64,000 nucleotides of DNA, taken from the NCBI GenBank assembly GCA_028534125.1, contig CM052818.1:11100001-11164000 (forward strand), in the 5' to 3' direction. Both the position numbers and the translations under genes were made by a program. Source of the DNA: Lama glama. Lineage: Eukaryota. The first letter of the stretch is position 1. Each line of letters starts with the position of its first letter. The notes below the pieces were generated by a model, which saw only the letters and a list, made by a program, of their open reading frames with translations, did no database searches and was not told the DNA's origin. Shown in pieces: positions 48,916 to 60,135 of this stretch.

Positions 48916-50784
48916 CTACAGTGACCCTAAAGGTAAATACTACAAAAAGGTAAAAAGAAAAGTAGAAAGAGAAGAAAAAATGGGGCAAAAAAAAACTTGA
49001 AACATCAATGTCTCTGGAGGGAACAAAAATAATGACAAGGCAGGGAGAGTGTGCAGATGGAAAGAAAAATCTGATGAGGAAATTTGTCTCAAAGTCTCAA
49101 CTAATGCTTATTTCTACATAAGCAGAGTAAAATATATCAATTTTTCATTTAAACAAAATACATGCAATGCCTAACTTTAATAGAAGAATAGATATACTAT
49201 TTTTCTTAAAAAGAGTAGTCTGGGATCTATCTTAATGATTTAATTTACTTTGCCAAATAAGCATGGTCTATATTTATACATAGATCTGATTGGTCCCCAT
49301 ATAGTTTTTTAAATATCACATTAAACTCCAGCAAATTGCTACCCTCTGGATCTTCAGAATGAGTCTGACTGATTTTTCCACATGTCAACTATTTCTTTTA
49401 GTATCAGAAATACACTCCAATAGCCTTAAGATACGTTACCTGCATTTTTGCCATCTAGAACCCTGCAAGATAAACTTTAGTTTTAGCCTTTCAAATCCTT
49501 AAGGAGTTTCAATGATATTTCAGGGATTTTGTTATTATCCAGGTACAGCTATGGAAAATACTTTTAAAAACAGTCCACAAACCTCCATGAAGGCTATCGT
49601 GTTTGAAATACAAAGCTCAAAAAATTAGCCTCTAAAATGAATTAGACCTACCTGGAGTCCAGAAACGCTCCCTGGGGATGATGTCAGAGCCTTCACTCAA
49701 GAAATGTCTTAGCCCTTTGTTGGTGTGCTGGGGAGAAAACCTCAGGAATTCTCCTCCCTGGATTTAATGCCCCCAGATTTAAAATGTAAGTCTTAGAAGC
49801 TGAGCCTTCGACCATCTCCCTTCATTTCTTGACATCTTTATGACAATGTATGGCGCAGTACCTCACTTTCCTGCAATTACTGAACAGACAGCACTGTAGG
49901 CAATGCAAGTTGCTCTTAAGTGCAGCAATCCATTCTGAAGAGATGTACAAACATAAACTCTCGATCGTGGCAGGCTTCTAGGAAACCTGAGCATTATCTG
50001 TGAATTTTCGCTCTCTCCTTTTTAATCATCCTGTGTGCTCACCTCTTAGAACCCAGAGACCTAATTTACTAATTAATAACTATTATTACTTAGTGGAATT
50101 GAAAACTGAAATTACTGCCTGCCTTAAACATAATAAAAATTGGCAATCCATTCAGAGTTTTTGAGGGGCTGCTTCATTCATTGCCCAATCCTGGCAGCTG
50201 GGTAGATGTCATTGTCTTCTTGCTCCATGGCCCTCATTTCCAGATGGGATGGAAGGGAGGTGGGGGGTTATTTCTCTGACACATTCAGACTAGAAGAGGA
50301 ATGGTGTTTGTATGTTGCAATATATACCTGTAGGATCTTAATAGACAGTATTCTTTCAACTGATTTTCATATAATTTAAAGACATCTGTCTTCTTTATTT
50401 GTGTTCAGTCCTCCCCACCCAGCTTCCCTTCATACCTTAGCAAGTGATTTCTAATCTCAATTTCTTTATTCATTTGCTAGATGAAAAGTCCCTAAAGAGA
50501 AATGAATGATGTAAGTTCATGGTCTCTCAATACAACCAAATCAATTAGTGACCAGGTTAAATCTAGGGGAAATTAAGCAGAAATTATTACCATCAGCATT
50601 TTTTTTCTTTTTTTGTGGGTGCCTTCTCAGTTGGTCAAGTCAAATCTGATTAAAGCAGCAAACTTTGTTCTTCAAATCTACCCTTCTTTTTCCTATTACT
50701 GTTTCCAATGGAGAGGCCAGTATTATTTCTCATTGCCTTGATCTCGGTTAACTTTCAACAGTCATTACAATATGTTTGCATGTT

Positions 50785-50990
50785 ATGAATATTTGTTCAA
50801 TCTGGAGCCTAGTGTCTACATACATCAAGTACCAGCAGAGATGCTGAGACTGCGAACATGCAGAAATCCCATTCCCACTCTCAACAAATGCATCATCTAG
50901 CAGGGAAACCAACGTATGAGGTCACATGAGAAGCACTATGAAAAAATAGCTTCAGGGTGCACAAGAAACGTCTGAGGAACTGCTCCCTTA
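50785..50990 (-). mobile_element. L2 3' fragment
   Basis: 'cccactctcaacaaatgcatcatctagcagggaaac...agcactatga'. Confidence 0.5.
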
Positions 50991-52114
50991 AGGCTTAAGG
51001 TCAAATCCAGAAAGGTTACAACTACAAAGAGAAAAGATCAGTGCCCTTCAAACCACATCATCTGGTCCAGATAATTCTAAAACTAACTACGAAGGCAGCT
51101 CCTCACATGGAGGCAAGGACTCATCCAGGAAGCAGATGCCACAGGCTAGGAGAAGGTGCTTAAATATGTGGTACCCCTAGGGTGGGTCACTACTCAGCTT
51201 AGCAGACAGCTGGCAGCAGGGTCAGCTGGTCTTCAGCCTTGTCCCAATCCTCCGTTTCATACAACCAAGCTAGAGAGAATCAGGTCTTCACAGCTGAGAT
51301 TTTGTTGAGAGGTTTTCCTCTGATTTTTTGAAGGTCTTGTCATGTCCCTTAAACTGAATCTCATTCACATAGCCAACCAATCATCTACTGAGAGCCCATA
51401 GTTGCCCAGCACCCTGGGAGGCCACCCACAGGGGCTACTGGTCTCTTCTCTATTTTCTGTCATGGGCAGAAGTACCAAACCACACCCACTCAAAGAACAG
51501 GCTCCTTCAAAGATGCCCGTCAAACTTGACCCATCAAAGTCTTGCTCCAGATTGAGTAGAGAAAAATGCATACTCCCATGAACAGTTTACAAGTTGATCA
51601 TCTGTTTTAGTCCAACCGTATTTTTTTCTTTCATTTATAATTCAATAAACACAAGTCAAAGCAAGATACAAGAGATACATGAGAACAAATGCTCAATCTG
51701 ATATGTTCAGTCTCAGACTACCAGAAGTTAAAGTCAAGCCTGAATCAACTGTGTTTTTCCTTGCTATCACTAGCATGACAATCACTGGCGCTCTTAGGTT
51801 CCAGCCGCTGCTTGTTTCAGTGTTAACACCACGTAATAGTAATGACAAAGTCAGCAGCTAGTTAAATTCTGGCATTCACAAAGATCCAGGCACTAGGGAC
51901 TATTCTAGATCTAAGTACTACTTTTGTATGTACTTTGGGGTTGTGACATCAAGAGGAAGTGACAAACTGGGTGGGACAAGCAGCGGGGACCTCTTCCTCT
52001 TCTTGACAAGGATTTCTTATTCTCAGAATGTTAATTCAAAGAAATTATTGTGAACTAGTCAGTGGATGTGACACTCAAGGTAGAGAATTTTAAAACGATG
52101 AAGATAATATAGAT

Positions 52115-52323
52115 CAGGGGTTGGCAAACTATGACCCACAGGTCAAATCTGGTCATTAGTCTGTTTTTGTAAATAGTTTTATTGGAACTACAGCCACTCC
52201 CACTTGTGTATTTTCTAAGGGCCGAACAGCAGTGAGTGGTAGTGGTAGACAGAGACATTATAGCCTGAAAAGCCTGAACTAGTTGCCATCTGGCCCTTTA
52301 AGGAAAAATTGTGCTGACCCCTG
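52115..52323. mobile_element. MER58A hAT-Charlie MITE, both TIRs present
   Basis: TIRs 'caggggttggcaaac' and 'gtgctgacccctg'. 8-bp flanks atatagat/gaatagat (6/8 identical). Confidence 0.92.
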
Positions 52324-52326
52324 GAA

Positions 52327-52659
52327 TAGATCAGCAATCCCATATTTGCAATACCCCAAATCTAAAGGTTTTTTTTGAAATGACTTTGGCAGCAAAACCT
52401 GAACTTATCTGAAATTCTTTGGTAGCAATGGCACAAACTTACCTGAATTGACATGAGACTATTTATAGCTTTTATTTCTCCCTCTGGGAATATTTGTCTG
52501 AGTCCCTGAAGAAATACTGATATGCCTTATTAAACGGAGCTGGCCCAGACCCCACCGCGGGTGTTATCACATTCAGCACACATCTCTCTAAACTCCAGAA
52601 TATCCCAAATCCTGAAAAATAGCTGGCCCCGAGAATTTTGGATTAGAGTTAGTGGAGCG
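52327..52659. mobile_element. MER46C TcMar-Tigger non-autonomous element
   Basis: 'ttggcagcaaaacctga', 'tgacatgagactatttatag', 'gctggcccagacccc', 'ctggccccgagaattttggattag' match recalled MER46C. Confidence 0.85.
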
Positions 52660-54156
52660 AAGATGTGAAAACTGTGAGATAAAAGAACATTTTTTTAACA
52701 AATATTTCATTACTGAACATTATTAGGGTATCAAGTATATTAAGTGGGAATAGGATGGGTGGGGGGTTGTGAGTACCGGGTGCCGCTCAGCACGACGGGA
52801 GTTTTCGACAGAGACAAACGTGTGATATGAGTGATGTGCATGTTGAACTGAGGCTCGTGGGCGAGATGTGTATGGGCAGACGGCATTATCAGTGATACTA
52901 CAAGGAGAGCTAAATGCTAAGTAGATCCAAAATACCGTCTCTATTACACTATAAGAAGAGTAGCATTCTTACTTTTAAGAGTTCTGTGGTATTTGCTTTT
53001 AGTTCTTTAAAAGCTGCAATCCTATAACATCAATAACTTTACAATATAAGGAAACAAAACTTTTCACGGAAGGAACTCATGGATCTTGGGAAATGACCAA
53101 AAGACAGATGAAAAAGTCTTGCATTGTAAAACGAAGCTCTAGTCTCTTTCTAAACCCGAATCTCAGGCATGGCTAGAGGGGGTTGCTTTCAAGCAATCAA
53201 AGAGTTAACACTGGTGCCTGTGTTTGTGTGTGGCCTCCTCACCGCCTCTAAGACAAAAAGCTTAGCTGGCAGCACGGTGATGGTGCTTTATGGCAGGTGG
53301 AAGAAGTGGACATAAAAACATAATACATCTGAATAGGTGCCCAAAGTAAGTAGCAGCCTGAGTCATCAGAAAACCAAGAAGGAGAGATTTTGACATAGAA
53401 TGTTTTGATTCCAGAAAGACTATTTCATTGCACCCATAGCATGTTCAGAGTGCCCGGAGGCACACACTGGAGTCCGAGAAGCTCAGAGGCACAGCCTCAC
53501 TTTTAGTTCATCGTAAAGTAAAAGGTATAAACAAAAACATCTCAACATTGTGTTTCTTCTTTGCATGGCCAAAATAAGTAAGGTGAAACCAGAGTTCAGA
53601 GCGTATGGCTGGTATCCGTATCTCTACACGTCTGATTAGGGGTGGCAGGAAGGGGGGTTTGGATGGCTTTTAGCAGTCTTATTGACTTTGGCCAGTGGCT
53701 CAACCACACAGTAATTTGGCACTACCAGCAGACATCACACCATTCCACATGGCTTTAACTTGAAGTTGTATCCATAGTTATGCCAAAGAATGTCTCCTTT
53801 CTTCTTAGATTTTAAAATAATTAATGAGAAATGCAGATAGATTCTTAAAAATATGAACGCTCAACCTCTAACAGCACCACAGAGCCAAACTGGTAAGTCA
53901 TACAAAACTGACACAGCTGTCAAATTTGGAGGCTGCATTTATTTGGCCAATTATCAAAGATGTTGCTGGTCACGGGAATGGATGGGCAGGTTAATTTGAT
54001 GAGCTGTCTGGGTACAGCACACTTTGGAATCTAACAAGAGGCCTTCATGCCAATATAATTGCGTCGATGTTATATGGAGTCAAACACTGGCAGGATTTTC
54101 CCGCACTCAGCACTCATATATGAACTATCTCTTAATAGCATTGTCTTACAATAGGT

Positions 54157-54168
54157 TGTGTGTGTGTG

Positions 54169-54203
<35 letters not shown>

Positions 54204-54205
54204 GT
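54157..54205. repeat. (TG)n microsatellite with one interruption
   Basis: Seen directly. Confidence 0.95.
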
Positions 54206-54246
54206 AGCAAAAAATGATCAACATCAGGGCTCAAAACAATCTAGTA

Positions 54247-54401
54247 TAGGAATGGGCAAACCTTTTTAGTCAACCAGATAGATATTCTAAGCTCTGAAGG
54301 CCATACATTCTGTAGCAACTACTCAACTCTGCCATTGCAGTGGAAAAGCAGCCTTAGACAGCATATAAATGAATGGCTGTGGCCTTAATTTGCCAGCCCT
54401 A
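54247..54401. mobile_element. Internally deleted MER58-family element
   Basis: 'gcaactactcaactctgccattgcagtggaaaagcagccttagaca'. Both degenerate TIRs present; flanks atctagta/atccagtg. Confidence 0.85.
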
Positions 54402-55099
54402 ATCCAGTGCATAGAGCTCTACTGAGCATGGAACTGAGGCCAGATCTGCGACGGAATTCAGTATTCCTCAACCTGCCCTGAGCTCTCTACGCCTCCCAGG
54501 CATTAGCAATTCTGAAACCTCAGGGTTTGATTAGAGTATGCCCTAGATATTTATGCATTTGCAAACCTAAAAGAGTGAAAAGGTCGTAATCTGTGTAGGT
54601 TTTCCAGTCATTGCCTATGTGGTTTCTTTGGAACCTTACTTAACATTCCTGTACTCCTAATCCTAGACTTTTGACATTACCATCTGGTATTAACCTCTGG
54701 AAAAATTCAGAAAGACATATTGAGCACCCTGAAAGTTAAAGTTGAGCAGTTGTAATGAAAGGAGAGGGACTCATCTTAAAGACAGATTTAGAACTTTAGT
54801 CAGGACCATCATATCTACTTCAAATGATGATACTAACATATTTAGATGTGCAGAATCTGTTTAAATAGAGATAGATAGATAGATAATAGGTAGTCAGTAC
54901 AAACATGTGACTATCAACATATATTTTCTAGTTTTCTGCCAAGAGGGCTTAGAAGCAATTAATTATACCTCAGTAACAGTAAGCGCACGCAGAGCCCAGA
55001 CCTGTTTAAAGGCCATTCTCCAGGAAAGGAATCCAAGACTCCTTGAAGAGATAGGTATCTCCAGGACTGAAACTGAGAGGGTACAATTACATTTTTAAG

Positions 55100-55285
55100 T
55101 CAATCACTGAATGCTTACCATACACTGCACACTGTACTAAGTGTTCTGCATGTATCTTCTTAATCTTCAGAACAGTCCTTTTTATTTTATCATTCCATGT
55201 TCTAGATGCGGAAACTGAAGTTTAGTAAGATTACGTAATTAATCCAATGTCAAAAAGCTAATAAATGACTAAGCCAGACTTGTCT
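55100..55285 (-). mobile_element. MIR SINE
   Basis: 'cactgtactaagtgttct...tagatgcggaaactgaag'. Confidence 0.8.
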
Positions 55286-55464
55286 TTTTTTTTTTTTAAT
55301 CCAAAACCATGATACTGTCCACTCTGTTCTATGACGGCTTTATTATTGCATCCAACATTTTGACTATAAAGATATATCTTTACTTTTGCTTTTAATGGAG
55401 CTTAAAACTATGCAGGTATAACTTCTGGAAACTGAATTAAAGTACAATTTTTGTGTGAACCAAA

Positions 55465-56410
55465 AGGTATAAAACTTTTTGTATGTCGAATTAAAAAAAA
55501 ATCAAAGGCAAAACAACAAACTAGAGGGAAGAAGCTGCAAATATGACAACTCAAACTTGAGAGGAAACTCTAAGCCATCAAAACAAAACAAGCAAAGTCA
55601 AGGGGAAGGTCATTCCCCAAAGGGGCAGTTCAAACGGCTAACAAACATGGGAAAAAATTTTTATTTGACAACTACAAGTTGTGGGGCTTTTGTTTGGTTC
55701 TGTTTGGATTTTTTGTTTGTATTTCTATTAAATTTACCAAAAAATGAAGAAATTAAAAAATCCAGTATTGACAGCATGTGGTCAAACAGGCTTCCTCATA
55801 CATTGTTGATTGGAGGTAATTTTGCTCAATAATTTGGAAGGAACTTTTCTAACAGAAGTTAAAATACCCTAAAGATGTTTATTCTCAGCTCAGTTACATC
55901 ACTTCTAGGAATCTAGCCGATGGAACTTAGAAATGCTAATAAAGATGTATGCAAAAAGACACCCATTTCAACATGTTTTTAATAATAAAAAAGAAACAAG
56001 AAACAACCAAATCATCCATCACATTAATAGAGAAATGATAAGCAAATTCTTTCGTACATCAACTGCACTCGATGAAGTTGCCGATTTAAGAGGTCTGCAA
56101 AAACAAGGTTAAATATCAGCGCTTTCATATAACTCAATCCAATACACGTAGTGGGTTCTTTAGCGTTTGTTAAATATGTTTCTGGAAAAAATGGAATAAT
56201 AAGAATGCTGCTATGTTATACGAGGGAATCAGAACAGTAAATTGCTGTGCAACATAATATCAACTGTGTACAAAATTCATGGGAAAGAAACTGGAAGGAA
56301 ATCTGAGACCTGAGGCCCCTGGGTGCTGGGAGGACAGAGGATTGTCGTCTCCCTGGATTTTTTCTACTCTCCTTCATCTTAAGGGTAAACCCACATTTGT
56401 AATTAAAAAA
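55465..56410 (+). mobile_element. Old LINE-1 (L1ME-type) 3' region
   Basis: 'cacttctaggaatctagcc', 'aaacaaccaaatcatccatca', 'gaaactggaaggaaat'. Confidence 0.7.
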
Positions 56411-57469
56411 TGAGGAAAGATAAACAAAATCACTATTTTTAGCAAGTTATTTTCATTCAGGTCTCTTAAATATTATCCTTCTAGATGGATGAAATATATT
56501 TTGTGGGCAGAAATGTCCACACTTGTGCTAGCAATTATATCATTAGTGAATTAAGGCAAGTGATTTTTCCAAAGTAAGTCTTCTGGGGATTTGTATTAAT
56601 CAAAAGGCACATATGCTGAGGATGAGGACTGTTGCTATAACCATCTCCATATACTAAGAGTCTGCCAATATTTTGTTTTGATGCTGTGGGAAAGAACCTG
56701 TTTGCAGAAAAGCTGGCTGGAGTGAATTTATGAGACTTTTGTATGTGATGATTGACATCCGCCTCCCTGTATTTGTATATTTATATTCAGATTGGAGATG
56801 TTCACTGAGTAGATGTGTTTGAACTCTTCCTTCATTCCATCCTTGACATATAATTATTGAGAATCTGCCATTTGAAAAAAAAAGAATTTAAGTGGTTATA
56901 TACTCATATTGTTAAGGACTTGCCAGAGAGGCTCACCCAGGTGTCGTTTCTGATTTCCTTTGGTTTCCTGTGGGGTCTCTGATTATCGTACATGCAGAAG
57001 TTCACCCATCATGGTGCCCTTACCTTTTTTTTCAACCAAGTCTAAGGATTTTCTTTTCGCCGTACTACAGCAAACAGAAGCACCATGGCGTAATGGACTG
57101 GTGTCAAGAGAGTAACTTAGAATAAAACGATTCTGCAAATAAAGTTTTTCTAAAGAAGTTGAGATCAGTATCATTTTGCCCCCGTTATTTCTCTAGATAT
57201 CATGAGCTAATTCAAGTAGGAGTGGGCTGTGTATCTCGGAGAAGTTATGTAATACAAGTAAGTTTGGATTGAACTCTCTTCATAAAGGTGTCTTCAAAGC
57301 TATATTATGAACTCTGCAAGATTGTCAAAGATATCTCTTTGCAAGAGAGTTCTTGTGAGATTTCTAGTATATAACAGATGCTGAAAGTGTCTCAGGGAAC
57401 CATGTCTCAGTTGCTTGGGGAAGAGTCTACACTCTGGATGCTCTCCTCTACAGCCTCATTCAGAATCCG

Positions 57470-57820
57470 GATTCATCAATTAGTCCCTCTCCACTCTGTC
57501 TTCAGTTTGAAACTCTCTAATGGCTCTTCGTCTAGACTAGAGACTAAAACACACTCAAGTATCTCCTACTTTGAAAACAAATATAAAACTCTTTTGACTA
57601 TAAACTTTTCTAACTGTAACCTTCTCGTATTTTCTTCAGAATCAAATTTCTAGGAAAAAGAAATATACTATCATTCCTTCATTAAACCAAAGTCACTATT
57701 TCCGGTCCTCATCACACTGTTGAAGGTGCTGTATTACCAAATCAAATCAGCACCTTACCGTCTTTAGCATACTTATCTTCAGTCCTGAATTTTCATTTCA
57801 TAAAGTTCAGCCTAAATGAT
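57470..57820 (+). mobile_element. L2 ORF2-derived fragment
   Basis: 'acacactcaagtatctcctactttgaaaac...caaatttctaggaaaaag...ccaaatcaaatcagcac'. Confidence 0.6.
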
Positions 57821-58221
57821 TCGTATCTTTATGTGCTAAATGCAATGTGAACAGTAATACAAGGACTATGAATAGAAAACTTTCCTTAATGTCTTTCTTT
57901 TCATATGGTTTTCTTTCCCATTCCTCTCATTCTTCAGTTCTGCCAGAAGCCAGTCATAAAAAAACTTTCCGTTTCAACCCCCATCCTTGTTTATCATTTC
58001 TGAGTCTGGACAAGCCTTCAGGGGTATATACAGTCCCCTTCTGGCTGATGCTATGGTCTGATGAAGGGAAGGAAAGACAGAGTCAGGACCCCTGGTCCCA
58101 GGTCTACTAACAATGGTAGGAAAATGTCTATGAGCGGCACCAGGGGTGATGGTGGGTGTGGGAGCTGGGTTGGAACAATACCCTGAGAAATAGCTAGAGG
58201 TTTGTCTCATCCAGAGAAATA

Positions 58222-58328
58222 TGCATCCATTCAAAAGACATGCCACCTACTCTTAGGCACCAGGAGGGAAGCAGTGGCCACAACATACCGTAATCCCTGC
58301 CCATGTGGGATTTACATTCTGGTGGGAA
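58222..58328 (-). mobile_element. L2 3' end
   Basis: 'aatccctgcccatgtgggatttacattctggtggg'. Confidence 0.7.
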
Positions 58329-59387
58329 ATTTCTTTTCATACCACAGGCCTCCAACCTCCAGGATCAGAAGCCTGATGAGTGAGCACCCAAGCAGGGTTC
58401 CTCTTCTAGAACTAGATATAAATTAACCAACCCCAGAGAAACTGATGAGTGAAACCAGAAAGTTAATGTGATGGAAAACACTTGTTGCTCGGAAGAAAAG
58501 TAGTTGTGCCAGCGTGACCCGCGCATTTGTTCCCTCTCTGGAGTCCACAGTCAAGCTACTTGAAAAAACCAAACCGTAATCAGAAAAAAAAAATTTTTTT
58601 TTAAGATCAAGATCGCCAACATATTTACTTAAAATAAAAATGATGAGAGAACCTAGATTTTGTCCATGTAACCATCCTATTCCTTCCCTAGAGACCCAAA
58701 TCTAACCGTGGTGAGCATGGACTCAAAACAAAGGGAGCTAAGAGGTGAACTCGAGGTTAGTAGCATCAGGCTTAGCCAGACTCATCCATCTCATAATAGA
58801 GATAATCTTGCTCATAAGTCTTGAACATTCAAAGCCGAACAGGCCACACTCCCTCAGTCCTAGATGGAGCTGGGAAGATTACTGTCAACATTTCTTCTGC
58901 AAAGCTTCCGATTAAGCATATTAGAATTTCTGAAGAAAGAAGATGTCAATCATATCACAGTCCAGCCTTCTAAGCCTGGAAGCCATGAGGTCTCTTGAAG
59001 GTAACTTTGCTGAACAGGGTTCCGATCCTTTTGTACTGATAGAAAGAAATGAATGCTCAAGGGACAATTTTATTTGTCTCATGTTCTGTATGAAAGCAGT
59101 ACAGACTTTGACAAGTCTTAGACAAACCTCTCTGAGTTCTGACATCTTCAAATGAGCAGACTGGGTAATATCATCACAGTTTCCTCTAGTTCTAGGGCAG
59201 AGGCAAACTGATGTTGGGACCACAGTTGAGTTCACCTGAGAAAGAAATTTATCCAAGGTAGTCGGGGGCACTGTGCTAGGGTTGTGGCCAGGAAAAGGGT
59301 GTCAAATGCCTAAAGAATGAAAAATCAAGTATGAGGAAAGGCCTGATTTTGACCACTTAGAACTAAGATAATATATAGTTAAACTGG

Positions 59388-59412
59388 ACTGGATGGGTGG
59401 ATGGATGGATGA
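59388..59412. repeat. Short (GGAT)n tract
   Basis: Seen directly. Confidence 0.8.
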
Positions 59413-59809
59413 ATTTATTTTTGGTGGTTCTCAACACCATCAGACTCAATACTTCTTTCTTAAAACCTCTATTTTCTTATATGTCATAATAAAGCAATCA
59501 ATGTTTGAAATTACATAGAATCACTGTGTATGTCAAAGAGCTATAAATACTGATTGGGAAGTACAGGTGGATTAAATGGTAAATCCAATACCACAGGCTG
59601 GCCAAAGAAATGACTGTTTAAAATAGTACACAATTTCCTGGCATTGCCTCTGGTGAAAGAAAGTATGCTCTCCTTTGACTTACAGGGTGATGACAGTCTG
59701 GAAGAAGGCAGTGTATGTTAAAATTGTGCTAAATATGTAAATATTAGCATTTGCTCTAGTCTGGATTAATTGCAGACTTACCTACGTGCAGTTGTTGCAG
59801 GGAATTCTA

Positions 59810-60135
59810 AAGTTTTATAGGACATGGGAGAGTTCTTCACCGTGCAAGATTTCCTAGGATGTTTAGCCAAGATCATTGTGGTAATCAATGATAATCCCTA
59901 AAATTTCAAAATGTATGTAAGAGGCAAGACTGCTCCTCACCTCTTGCTCCCACCCCATCAATGAATACTGTTAAGAGCATACGCACTGGAAGAGTGTGGG
60001 TGTTTTTTAAGGAAACTTGCAAGACTACATATCCCAGGGCTCCAAATTTTATGACATTTTTTGTTCTTGGTGACAGCCTCCCTCCACTGATTCTCAAGCT
60101 CCAGTTATTTCAATGCTGTCCAAACTTTGGGGGAA
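59810..60135. mobile_element. Degenerate hAT-Charlie fragments (MER20/MER5-like)
   Basis: 'agttcttcaccgtgcaag...aggatgtttagc...atttcaaaatgt'; weak similarity only. Confidence 0.4.

Noticed and set aside
58030..58460. CTGATGA...GAAA words suggesting a hammerhead ribozyme (also ~49071)
   Set aside because: Stems I-III cannot be formed around the core
58921..59271. Overlapping ORFs on both strands (116 and 70 aa)
   Set aside because: No recognisable homology or consistent splice structure
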